Origin: an uncultured virus (IMG/VR IMGVR_UViG_3300017990_000011)
Taxonomy: Duplodnaviria; Heunggongvirae; Uroviricota; Caudoviricetes
Virus record (IMG/VR): IMGVR_UViG_3300017990_000011
DNA length: 64,000 nt
Reading direction: 5' to 3' (one strand)
Shown: piece by piece, positions 19,583-28,760 of the stretch
How the letters are laid out: the number at the start of each line of letters is the position of its first letter
Position numbering within the stretch: the first letter of the stretch is position 1
Notes under the pieces: model-generated
What the model was told of the DNA's origin: nothing
The model's input: only the letters and a program-made list of their open reading frames with translations
Database searches by the model: none
Translations under genes and position numbers: made by a program

Positions 19583-20887
19583 ATGGGAAAAGAAAGTCTT
19601 ATTCTGGTTAGATCTGAGAAAATGGACACTAACAAGAAAAAGGGACGAAATGAAAACAGCCTTGTTAGAATGAGCCAGGCGGCAAGAGACCATATGGGGT
19701 TCAAGGACAACAAGGTGGAGGTATATCCTGATTCAGGTAAAGTTGAGGATAGACTCCACAAGACCAAGCTCTTGACAATATTCAAAGCGTTCTCAGCGGA
19801 CATTCGTGTTCTTCGAGAGAAGGGCATGACTCCAAATGAGTTGAGACGCGTTGGTTTTGTCACATCTAAAACTTACAACCTGATTGTTGGAGACAACAGT
19901 AATTCATGTGAGAATATTTGGGTGGCAGATAATATCAATGATACAATAATTGGAGCTGATCCAGAATTCCTTTTGTTTGATGGCGACAATCCATTCTATG
20001 CCAATAGAGATGGTGTATTACCACATTACGGCCCTCTTGGATATGATGGGGCTATGGCGGAAGTAAGACCTGATCCTGCCATTACACCAGATCAACTAGT
20101 TAAAAACATCGAACGGGTGTTCAGAGATAAGGATCTTACCAAAGGTATCAAACAATTCAAATGGATGTGTGGTTGTTATTTCAAAGATCACCGTAGAGAT
20201 TTCCCAATCGGTGGCCATATCCATATTGGTAATCCTGTCAGAATTGCTAAGTTGCCAGGTAATGATCGTGAATACTTCTTTAAAATATTGAACAAGATCA
20301 TAGATGAGTTGTTGGCATTGCCGATGATTCGTCTAGATGGTGCTGAACTTGGTTCGGCAAGACGTACTAAATGTACCATGGGTAAATATGGGTACTTTGG
20401 TGAGTGGAGAGTGTGTAATGGACGGTTAGAACATAGGACTTTAAGTGGTATGTGGTTAAGCCACCCATCATTAGCCAAATGCGTGCTCGGTACAGCAAAA
20501 GCGATTATAAATGAAGTATTTAAACTGGTCGCTGAACATAAGTATGCCAAAAAATATATTATTCCAAGTGATTATAGACAATCCAGCCTGTTTCACAGCA
20601 ATTTTAATAGCTGGGGAGACATCCCACTCACCAGGGACTTGGGTTGTGTTAAAAGCTCTAAGGAAATGACTCGTGTCCTCAATGCATCTAAATGCACTGA
20701 TATTAGCACCAAATATCTCAGGACGTGGTATAGCGGGATGAAACAACTGACCACATACAAGAAGTATCATAAATATATTGATGCTCTGTATGAGCTCCTG
20801 GCACTGCCACCCAAACACTTTTCTAGCTTCGATAAACAAATCCAGAACAACTGGTTGAAGAAGAAGAAATTTCTGGTCGACGTCTGA
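19583..20887 (+). CDS. phiEco32-like COOH.NH2 ligase type 2 (second paralogue)
   Basis: IGADPEF, AEVRP, GGHIHIG, YGYFGEWR, LEHRTLSG motifs. Confidence 0.85.
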   Translation: MGKESLILVRSEKMDTNKKKGRNENSLVRMSQAARDHMGFKDNKVEVYPDSGKVEDRLHKTKLLTIFKAFSADIRVLREKGMTPNELRRVGFVTSKTYNLIVGDNSNSCENIWVADNINDTIIGADPEFLLFDGDNPFYANRDGVLPHYGPLGYDGAMAEVRPDPAITPDQLVKNIERVFRDKDLTKGIKQFKWMCGCYFKDHRRDFPIGGHIHIGNPVRIAKLPGNDREYFFKILNKIIDELLALPMIRLDGAELGSARRTKCTMGKYGYFGEWRVCNGRLEHRTLSGMWLSHPSLAKCVLGTAKAIINEVFKLVAEHKYAKKYIIPSDYRQSSLFHSNFNSWGDIPLTRDLGCVKSSKEMTRVLNASKCTDISTKYLRTWYSGMKQLTTYKKYHKYIDALYELLALPPKHFSSFDKQIQNNWLKKKKFLVDV

Positions 20888-20904
20888 TCGTGGTCGAAAT
20901 GTTT
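20883..20904 (+). promoter_or_regulatory. Conserved 22-nt intergenic motif, copy 2
   Basis: TCTGATCGTGGTCGAAATGTTT; see 5071-5092. Confidence 0.55.
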
Positions 20905-20941
20905 CTAAATAAATTAAAAAAAATTAGATGGAGGTCTTGAC

Positions 20942-22039
20942 ATGAGTAAAGATAATGCTTATATTTGGTTTAGTGGAGCGACAGATGTAACAGGGCAGGC
21001 GTTGGCAGAAGCACTAGGTGTGAAGTGTGGGAGGGTTAAACCTAAAAACAAATCAGCCTCTGCGGTCATCGGATGGGGTGCCAAAACGAAAGATTCGGTT
21101 AACCTCGGTAAGATTCCGGTCTTGAATCATCCTGACAATATCAGGACAAACAGAAATAAACTGGCTGCCCTGGATGTAATGCAGGACGCCGGCGTAAAGG
21201 TACCGAGATACGTACCTATCGGTAGCACAAAAACGGCGCTGGATGCCGGCAACATCACCTTACCTGCCATCGCTCGGAAGAAATATCACCAAGGTGGGAA
21301 AGGATTTTGGTTATGCCCGACAAAAATGAGTGTCGACAAGGCTGCGGAGCAGGGTGCGGGATATCTGCAGGAATTGGTCGAAATCAAAACGGAATTCAGA
21401 CTCCATGTATTCGGGGACAAGGTCATTCATGCAGTAAAAAAGGTAGAAAGGACCCAAGAAGAGGTCAGGGCTGCCTATGTACGCAAGAATCTGGACAAGA
21501 TGAAACGCTTGGCCGAGAAGAAGGGCGAAGCCTTCGACGAAGGCACCGCAACTTTTATGTTGGAAAGACAGGCGCAACAGTTAGACGGTGCCGATGCGAC
21601 ACTGCGGAACAACATAGGGTGGAAATTCTCCAGGATTACCAAGATCAATAAGGCTCTGGAGGAAGAAGCTATCAAAGCAGTGGCCGCACTCAATCTTCAG
21701 TTCGGTGCTGTTGATTGTGTTCTCGATATGGACAACCATCCATGGATTATTGAGGTCAATACTGGCCCCGGCCTGGAAGAAACACCATTCAAGGCGTATG
21801 TGAAAGCTTTTGATGAGAAACTCGATGAGCTTCTGGTGCCGAAAAAGGCTGCGGCGAAACCAGTCGCCAAGAAAGAAACCAAAGCAACATCTGCACTGAA
21901 GGCCAAGAGGATGGGCTCCGCTGTTGAGAGACTCAAGAGCAAGGGACATCTGATGGCTGAAATGATCGATAGTGTGGAATCTGATGATGAAGCTGAAGTC
22001 CTGGATAAAGTATTTAACAGGATGTTTGGTGGGAAGTAA
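20942..22039 (+). CDS. RimK-like ATP-grasp ligase
   Basis: NKLAALDVMQDAGVKVP, EFRLHVF, FGAVD, IIEVNTGPG. Confidence 0.88.
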   Translation: MSKDNAYIWFSGATDVTGQALAEALGVKCGRVKPKNKSASAVIGWGAKTKDSVNLGKIPVLNHPDNIRTNRNKLAALDVMQDAGVKVPRYVPIGSTKTALDAGNITLPAIARKKYHQGGKGFWLCPTKMSVDKAAEQGAGYLQELVEIKTEFRLHVFGDKVIHAVKKVERTQEEVRAAYVRKNLDKMKRLAEKKGEAFDEGTATFMLERQAQQLDGADATLRNNIGWKFSRITKINKALEEEAIKAVAALNLQFGAVDCVLDMDNHPWIIEVNTGPGLEETPFKAYVKAFDEKLDELLVPKKAAAKPVAKKETKATSALKAKRMGSAVERLKSKGHLMAEMIDSVESDDEAEVLDKVFNRMFGGK

Positions 22040-22044
22040 GTATT

Positions 22045-22473
22045 ATGGGTGAATTTTACACATCATTATCTACTGATGAGATGTCTGTTCAAATAGCATC
22101 TCTGGTAAACCAGTATAACAGATGGTATGTTAAACACACACCTTTCGCCATTAAAAACAGTGCAGCCAGCTATGTGGTAGAGATAGAGGGCTCCAGAGTA
22201 GTTGGCTGTGCTGGTTTTCTCAAAGAGTTTAAAAATTTGAGTAAAATAATGCATGTGTGTGTTATACCTGAGCGGCGGTGCTGTGGTATAGCTAAGCGGC
22301 TGGTAAATCTGGCGGTTAATATGTGTAATACTCAACATGTATACATGACTATAAGGGATGATAATACACCAAGCCTACGTATGGCTATGAGTTTGGGATT
22401 CAACGCAATAGGACGTAAGTGGTCTAGAGATCACTACGTAATAACAATGGGGAGGGAATTGAGCCATGTCTAA
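22045..22473 (+). CDS. GNAT family acetyltransferase
   Basis: VCVIPERRCCGIAKRLV acetyl-CoA motif; NTPSLRMAMSLGF. Confidence 0.85.
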   Translation: MGEFYTSLSTDEMSVQIASLVNQYNRWYVKHTPFAIKNSAASYVVEIEGSRVVGCAGFLKEFKNLSKIMHVCVIPERRCCGIAKRLVNLAVNMCNTQHVYMTIRDDNTPSLRMAMSLGFNAIGRKWSRDHYVITMGRELSHV

Positions 22474-23227
22474 AGGACAGCACGCATTAAAATATGTATA
22501 TCTGGAATTGATCAGCACCACTGACAGTAAATTTGACGTAGTGCGTGGTCTCTTCAGCGGTATAACTACTAAGGAAGAGAAAGATCCGAAGAAAGAGGCG
22601 GATGAATTCTATATCCTGTATTATGAGAAAGCCGGTGCTACATCCACAAGCAAGGCTCAGCCGGTAACTTCCCTCTACAATACCAAATACTATGATGTTA
22701 TGCATATCGAAGCCTTAAAGAATGATGTCAAAGAGCTTATCTTCTTCACAAAAGAAGATGATGATCAGGAAAAAGCTCACAAGAAACTCATCAAGCTTCT
22801 CGAGGAAATGAGAGAAGATGAGAGGATGTATAAAAATGATGAGGATATTATAGACGTGGCTGCTTATACAGATATACCGTCTGATAAAGTTTCAACAGAG
22901 GAGAAGAAGAAAGACACCTCTACGAGAACAAATCGGCGGAATACTTCAGCAGCATGTGGGTACAATCATACTAGTGGTTATAATCAGGGATATAACCATA
23001 ACACTGGTTATAACTATCAAAAGAAAGAGCCTGAAATGACAGTATTAAAGAGGAGCTCTGGTAAAAAACCGACCAAAGAGGCATTGGAAACGATGCAGGC
23101 AAAGATAGATGAGATCATGGGTGGGACATATGTACCGGAGTTGCCTGAACTTCCAGTTGATGATGAACCGGAAGATGATAAAACTGATGCGCAAGAAGAT
23201 GATTACGCGGGTCATTATATGATGTAG
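22466..23227 (+). CDS. Hypothetical acidic protein with GYN repeats
   Basis: 253-aa ORF; GYNHTSGYNQGYNHNTGYNY; acidic C-terminus. Confidence 0.7.
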   Translation: MSKGQHALKYVYLELISTTDSKFDVVRGLFSGITTKEEKDPKKEADEFYILYYEKAGATSTSKAQPVTSLYNTKYYDVMHIEALKNDVKELIFFTKEDDDQEKAHKKLIKLLEEMREDERMYKNDEDIIDVAAYTDIPSDKVSTEEKKKDTSTRTNRRNTSAACGYNHTSGYNQGYNHNTGYNYQKKEPEMTVLKRSSGKKPTKEALETMQAKIDEIMGGTYVPELPELPVDDEPEDDKTDAQEDDYAGHYMM

Positions 23228-23238
23228 AGAGGTAATAC

Positions 23239-24225
23239 ATGAAGATTATTGGCCATGAGAATACAAAAGAACAAATAAAGATAGCGTCGCTAGCTGCGGA
23301 GAAACGAAACAAAGCGCTACCTCATATTTTATTCTCTGGTGCTGCTGGTTGTGGTAAGACCAGCATGGCTAAATATGTGGCTTCTCATCGCAATGTGAAG
23401 ATTGTATCGGCGGTTCCTAAAAATCTTAAAGATTACAACTCAATTATAAAAGTGCTCGAACGTTTAGACCATAACAATTATAGTCCAATGGGCGACAGAC
23501 TAGGGCCTATAAGACCAAGTGTGTTGTTCCTTGACGAAATTCACCAGCTGCCTTTATATGGTCAAGAATTATTAGGTGTAGCTATGGAGAATTACACGAT
23601 AGAGGCCAGAGTACCTGGGCAGGTACATTGGACTCCATACTTCACCCTCATTGGCGCTACAACTGATGATGGTAAGTTATCTAAACCGTTCAGAGACAGG
23701 TTTAAACTGAGATTTGTTTTCGAACCGTATTCAGAAGATGAGATAGTAGATATCATTACAGCGAAAGCAAACACATCTAAGATACCTATTACTTATGATT
23801 CTGTAAAAGCCATCGCCAGAAGAAGTAGAGGTGTACCAAGGCTAGCTGTTGGATTTCTCGGAAGAACAAGAGATATGGCTATAGCTAGAGGTGAAAAGTT
23901 TGTAGGGCTACATGCAGTCGAATTAGTTTTTAAACAACTTGGTATTGATGAAAATGGATTCACTCAGATAGAGATGAAGATACTCAAAGCACTGTATGAA
24001 TCCGATGGACCACTTGGATTGGATAACTTATCCATAGTGGTTAATGAAGCACCAAAAACTATTTTGACATCTATTGAACCATTCCTGATTCAGAAAGGTC
24101 TTATTCAAAGAAGTGGAAAGGGTAGGATACTTTCTAAAAAGGGTGAAGACTACCTCATGGAATCAGGTTATCTTGGTAAGAAGAAATCCAAGATGACGAT
24201 AGAAGTTGGATATGAGAGGAAATAA
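23239..24225 (+). CDS. ruvB: Holliday junction branch-migration ATPase RuvB-like
   Basis: HILFSGAAGCGKTS, LFLDEIH, FTLIGATT, PFRDRF, SRGVPR, EPFLIQKGLIQRSGKGR. Confidence 0.9.
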   Translation: MKIIGHENTKEQIKIASLAAEKRNKALPHILFSGAAGCGKTSMAKYVASHRNVKIVSAVPKNLKDYNSIIKVLERLDHNNYSPMGDRLGPIRPSVLFLDEIHQLPLYGQELLGVAMENYTIEARVPGQVHWTPYFTLIGATTDDGKLSKPFRDRFKLRFVFEPYSEDEIVDIITAKANTSKIPITYDSVKAIARRSRGVPRLAVGFLGRTRDMAIARGEKFVGLHAVELVFKQLGIDENGFTQIEMKILKALYESDGPLGLDNLSIVVNEAPKTILTSIEPFLIQKGLIQRSGKGRILSKKGEDYLMESGYLGKKKSKMTIEVGYERK

Positions 24226-25106
24226 TGCCATTCAGGAGCACACCAGTAAAATGGAAAGAAGCAGACGATGATGATGGTAGATACAAAAACGTTGGTGGTT
24301 TTAAGTACGACCTCATCAAGAAATCTGTTGTCTATACCAAAGAAGAGATGCCAAAATTCTTTTTGGCTGATACTTCTGAAGAGGCGGAGACATTGTACAA
24401 GGAATATGATAGACTTCTTAATAATATGTCTTCATCATATGCTAAAGCCACTGGTGTATCCAAAAGTGATCTATTTGGTGAGGCTTTAATAGGTCTCAGT
24501 AGAGCCAAACGAGACTGGGATCCAAATAAGAGTGATAGTTTTAGAAATTATGCTATCTTTCGTATTAAAGATTCATTGAATGAATTTGTAAGAAAAAACT
24601 CACTAACAGTGCATGTGCCGTCCTATATAAGAAAAGCACACCAACAGGTGGCGCGTTTTAAAAGGCTGTTAGATGTTTATAATCTTGGTTATGAGGTTCT
24701 TTATGACGCCTCGATAAACGATAATGTACCAAAGGAAATAACGGAAAAAATAGAGAGCCTTATAACCAAATTAACTCATGCTGCAGAGAGAGCACATATT
24801 ACCTATGAAGATTTTATCGATAGGGTAGAACATATACCCACAGTATCAGTAGATGATCTTATTGGGCCATCAGTAGAAGAGGTGCTCAGAGAAAACGAAC
24901 GTATGGAGGCAGCATTAATAGTAGATAAAATAGTAGAATATATGGATGATGAAGAACTATCCATTGCCGAAGGTATCATGGAAGGTAAAACATATAGGGA
25001 GATATCAGAGGAGTTAGGTAAACCACCTCACTGGTCTCACTATAAAATTAAACGATTTAGAGACCGATTACTAAAGGTAATGGAGGCAGAGATTCATGAA
25101 AAGTGA
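24225..25106 (+). CDS. Sigma70-family RNA polymerase sigma factor
   Basis: Region 2-like DLFGEALIGLSRAKRDWDP...FRNYAIFRIK; region 4 HTH GKTYREISEELG. Confidence 0.82.
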   Translation: MPFRSTPVKWKEADDDDGRYKNVGGFKYDLIKKSVVYTKEEMPKFFLADTSEEAETLYKEYDRLLNNMSSSYAKATGVSKSDLFGEALIGLSRAKRDWDPNKSDSFRNYAIFRIKDSLNEFVRKNSLTVHVPSYIRKAHQQVARFKRLLDVYNLGYEVLYDASINDNVPKEITEKIESLITKLTHAAERAHITYEDFIDRVEHIPTVSVDDLIGPSVEEVLRENERMEAALIVDKIVEYMDDEELSIAEGIMEGKTYREISEELGKPPHWSHYKIKRFRDRLLKVMEAEIHEK

Positions 25107-25260
25107 TGCTGTAAGACGATTAGTTATGGAGGGTTCCAGTCTTCTAGAACGTATGGAAGAGGACATGCCTCCAGAGTATTTCAAATGGATCGTAGAGTTT
25201 GAGACATTTGAAGAGGCGTTGAATGATGTTAAAGAAGAATTAAAGAAGGAGGTGATATGA
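25096..25260 (+). CDS. Small hypothetical protein (54 aa, not in ORF track)
   Basis: GGAGG RBS, ATG 25096 to TGA 25260, MKSDAVRRLVMEG... Confidence 0.55.
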   Translation: MKSDAVRRLVMEGSSLLERMEEDMPPEYFKWIVEFETFEEALNDVKEELKKEVI

Positions 25261-26766
25261 TTGAAGACTTTACAAGTGTTACAACGGCTTCAGAATGAGA
25301 CTAAAGCCGAAGTGTACCTTGTTGGGGGTTATGTAAGAGACCTCTTACGAAAGAAAAAGAACGATGATCTAGATGTAGTTGTTCGTAAGCTGACTTTGAA
25401 AGACATAAGGAAGTTCCTTAAGAAACATGGGTCAGTAAAGGTTGTTAGGTTGTCCAGTAAGGGCAATGCGGCTACTATATCTATGGTATATTTCAGAGCT
25501 AAAGGCGACAAGCAAGAAGCTCAGATTACCCAGCCTCGTCGGGGCAAAAGACAGATACCTGATTCAAGGAATTCTCTAAAGCAGGATTGTCAATACAGAG
25601 ACTTCCGTATCAACGCACTGTACCTACCTGTAGATTATAAATCACGTAACGATGTGATAGATATAACAGGTGGTAAAGTTGATATTATGAATCGTACTAT
25701 CAATACTAATGGATCTGCAGTTGACAGGTTCAAGGAATCACCAGTACGCATGTTGAGAGCCGTTACATTGGCTGCCTCAACAGGTTATACTTTATCAGAA
25801 GAAATACTGGGTGTGATTCCTCATATGGTAGATCTGTTAGAAACTATACCGTTTGAGAACATACGAGACCATCTTAACAAGGTGCTACTCAGTAAGAAAC
25901 CATCTAAATCCTTTAAACTGATGAACAGACTCAACATGCTTGGCTATGTACTGCCTGAGCTGGAGAGATGTATCGGGGTGAAACAGGATAGACGATATCA
26001 TAAGTATGATGTGTTTACGCATAGCATTTATGCCTGTGATAATGCAGAGCTTGATTTAAACATTAGGTTGGCTGCATTACTACATGATATTGGTAAACCT
26101 GATACTCGGAAGTTTATTGGAGATAGAATAACATTTCATAAACATGAATCAGTAGGAGCAAGTCTTACTAAGATCGCACTAACACGGTTGAAGTATGACA
26201 ATGCTACTATTACTGCTGTTGGTAAACTAGTACAACTACATATGTACCATTACACCAGTGATGTATACAAGTGTACAGCAGAGGATTGCAAGTGGGCTCG
26301 TCCTGTAAGTGCCTTTCCAGAGGGACTTAAGGATGATGTATGTCCTATATGTAATTCCGCTGTAGAAGTGGCTAGTGGTTGGACTGACAATGCCGTACGT
26401 AGATTCATAAAGAAAGCTAAGATCAATGATGACAACATTGATGATCTCGGCAATATTCCTCTGTTCCGTTTGAGACAGGCAGAGAGGCTAGGTAATGGGT
26501 TGAAAACCACTGCCGTAACGGAAAAACAGAAGGACTTTGAGGAGAGAATAAAGACTGTCTATGAGCGCGGAGCAAGTCTTGAAATTAAGGACTTAGATAT
26601 TGATGGTAATATCATTATGTCTACGTTCCAGCTTAAACCATCTCAGAAGGTGGGGGATATCCTTAATTACATCCTCGATAAGGCAAGAGAAAACAAACAG
26701 CTTAACAACAGGCTCAGTTTGTTGAAATTAGCAACTGAATATCTTTACCAGGAGTCAGTCAAATGA
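25261..26766 (+). CDS. cca: CCA-adding tRNA nucleotidyltransferase with HD domain and Zn-ribbon insert
   Basis: YLVGGYVRD...DLD, RDFRINAL, RFKESPVRMLRA, AALLHDIGK, FHKHE. Confidence 0.9.
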   Translation: MKTLQVLQRLQNETKAEVYLVGGYVRDLLRKKKNDDLDVVVRKLTLKDIRKFLKKHGSVKVVRLSSKGNAATISMVYFRAKGDKQEAQITQPRRGKRQIPDSRNSLKQDCQYRDFRINALYLPVDYKSRNDVIDITGGKVDIMNRTINTNGSAVDRFKESPVRMLRAVTLAASTGYTLSEEILGVIPHMVDLLETIPFENIRDHLNKVLLSKKPSKSFKLMNRLNMLGYVLPELERCIGVKQDRRYHKYDVFTHSIYACDNAELDLNIRLAALLHDIGKPDTRKFIGDRITFHKHESVGASLTKIALTRLKYDNATITAVGKLVQLHMYHYTSDVYKCTAEDCKWARPVSAFPEGLKDDVCPICNSAVEVASGWTDNAVRRFIKKAKINDDNIDDLGNIPLFRLRQAERLGNGLKTTAVTEKQKDFEERIKTVYERGASLEIKDLDIDGNIIMSTFQLKPSQKVGDILNYILDKARENKQLNNRLSLLKLATEYLYQESVK

Positions 26767-26960
26767 AACCTACAGGTAAGTTTAGATTCAGACAGAGTAA
26801 GTTTGGATACAAACTAATACTTCAGATGGAATGGCTGTGCCATAGATATGATGGTAGTGATGGGCTACATGAATCATTGGAATGGCATGATGCCAAGATA
26901 TCTGACTTACTTGTAGTTAATAAGTTAGAAGACTTCGCTAAATTTATACACCTCAAATAA
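26763..26960 (+). CDS. Hypothetical protein
   Basis: 65-aa ORF overlapping cca stop, AGGAG RBS. Confidence 0.55.
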   Translation: MKPTGKFRFRQSKFGYKLILQMEWLCHRYDGSDGLHESLEWHDAKISDLLVVNKLEDFAKFIHLK

Positions 26961-28200
26961 AGCATGTTGGGTTCGTACAAGGATGGTGGGTGGATGGGAT
27001 GTTTATTAACCAACTATACTTTCGGAGGTGTTTAACATATTGTGTGAGGGTTACAATTCGACGGTAATCACTTAGTAACATCAAATTTATGCGGCACACC
27101 GTCGCCTGATGCGAAAAGGTTAACTGGACAACGTGACCCATGCCTGGTCTGTAGTATATATCAGGACAATAATACAATCAGTACTAAGCGACAAAAATTG
27201 TGGGCGCGTGGGCCCAGCGCCCTTGGATACAAAATGTGCCTTGTCGTGTTGGTAGTGTGTTTCTGAGTGCGCACCCGTCTACCGCTGGGTAGAGTGCAAA
27301 CAAAACCAAACATCAGGTAACCCTGGTGGAAACATGGGACTTTAGTATTGAAAGAAGTGGGGTTCGAATCCCTGCCAGATTATAGGACACACAAACCGAG
27401 AGGTGTGACAGAGCAGACCGTGGGCCTAATCAAGTATTCGTCTCCAATGAATTCTTGAGCCTGTGGACGTCAGTTCTCGAGAATGGGTCACAATGGCAGC
27501 ACCTTAAGCTCAGCCATAGGGTTCAACTCCCTGCCTCTCTCAAGAAATATCTTCCTTAGATATGCTCGGGTAGAAACCCCTAAGCTAAGTCTAAGGAGAA
27601 CACTCCCTCTGGAGCAGAGATGACAAGACTCTGTTATGAAAGAGTGAGTCGAAATGTTCTTTCTCAAGCTGGTACACTGAGTTTATATACCGGACCATCG
27701 GGACGTAACAATCGAAAACCAAAGTAGCGAAAACGTTATTAAGCACTTGCGCTGAACCCCGAAGTAGCGAAACAGCCAGTACGATTACACGCCGCCGTAT
27801 ATCCTATGGAATAAGCCTTTAAGTATTAGTGAAAGAGCGTAGGAACGTGTGGGTTGGGGTGGGCTGAGTTTTAGAGCCTTGTTCTCGGTAAAAAACAAGG
27901 CTAACAAGGTACCACAATTAGTACCGATGCAAGATCTCCTTCTATTTAAAGGTAGACGAGAAACTCGCACTCGTCTACCACAACTATATTTCTAATAAAT
28001 ATATTAGAAATGGGGAAGTTTACAGCGCAACTATATATCAACATTCGGTTGGAGACTTTCCGTTTATACGGAAACGGGTTCAGCTGTACCCGTTATTGAA
28101 CTTTCCCGAACCCAGATAAGTACTATGTGATTATTGCTGTTCGTTAAATCTTGACCTTAGTTTTATCTGCTTATGCGAAAGCAGAACATGCGATGTAGCT
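26961..28200 (+). ncRNA. Structured non-coding RNA island (several RNAs or one large RNA; family unknown)
   Basis: ~1.2 kb with no credible ORF in an otherwise packed genome; many hairpins and two T-loop motifs. Confidence 0.6.
27398..27540 (+). ncRNA. tRNA-like RNA with greatly enlarged D-arm region
   Basis: GAGAGG/CCTCTC terminal stem, TGTGAC/GTCACA arm, ATGGC...GCCAT arm, AGGG-TTCAACT-CCCT T arm. Confidence 0.5.
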
Positions 28201-28316
28201 GGCAAATGATAACGTCGCAGTACAGGTTGGGGGTTGATTACATACTCAGCTCTAATCACTATGTGCTTATCACAAGACGTAAGACATGGTCTAATACACT
28301 TCAATTAGGAAAAATT

Positions 28317-28751
28317 ATGAATGATTTTGATGATACCGGATCGGCAGGAGAATTTTCCTATGTGTTTGAAGATGAAGATAGCTTTCTAGATAATGCTGAA
28401 GAACTTTTATTTGATGAATATTATGCTGGAGAGGAAGAAGAACCAGTAGGTAGATCAATGATGGAAGACCCAGAAATAGCTGAGGGGTTTGACGCAGTTT
28501 CACTCGGCATGGGATTAAGTCTTGGCGCTGAGTTAGCAGCTGAAGAAAGACAAAAAGCTGAATTACTCAACCGTCTTAATGAAATAAAAGTTCCTATTGA
28601 CATTGATGAAAACACAGACAAGGAGAATATAGCGAAAGCTCAGCAACTTACTTCATTACATAGTGGGAAGACTACTAAGTATCGTAAGACTGAGTTTGAT
28701 AAATTTCTAGATGACATTTATTCTGGTCGGAAGAGCCTATGGGATGATTAA
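28317..28751 (+). CDS. Hypothetical acidic protein
   Basis: ATG 28317 after AGGA; upstream extension in the ORF track runs into the non-coding island. Confidence 0.65.
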   Translation: MNDFDDTGSAGEFSYVFEDEDSFLDNAEELLFDEYYAGEEEEPVGRSMMEDPEIAEGFDAVSLGMGLSLGAELAAEERQKAELLNRLNEIKVPIDIDENTDKENIAKAQQLTSLHSGKTTKYRKTEFDKFLDDIYSGRKSLWDD

Positions 28752-28760
28752 GGAGCTGAT

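Noticed and set aside
27597..27660. Hammerhead ribozyme (GATGA...GACTC/GAGTC-GAAA)
   Set aside because: Core reads CAGAGATGACAA rather than CUGANGA abutting stem II, and there is no UH at the cleavage position
26961..28200. Group II intron, RNase P RNA, SRP RNA or CRISPR array
   Set aside because: No domain V, GAGGAAAGUCC or SRP loop motif found; the only direct repeat is 11 nt in two copies; no cas genes
28173..28316. 5' extension of ORF 28173-28751
   Set aside because: Composition changes sharply at ATG 28317, which has an RBS; the upstream part borders the structured island
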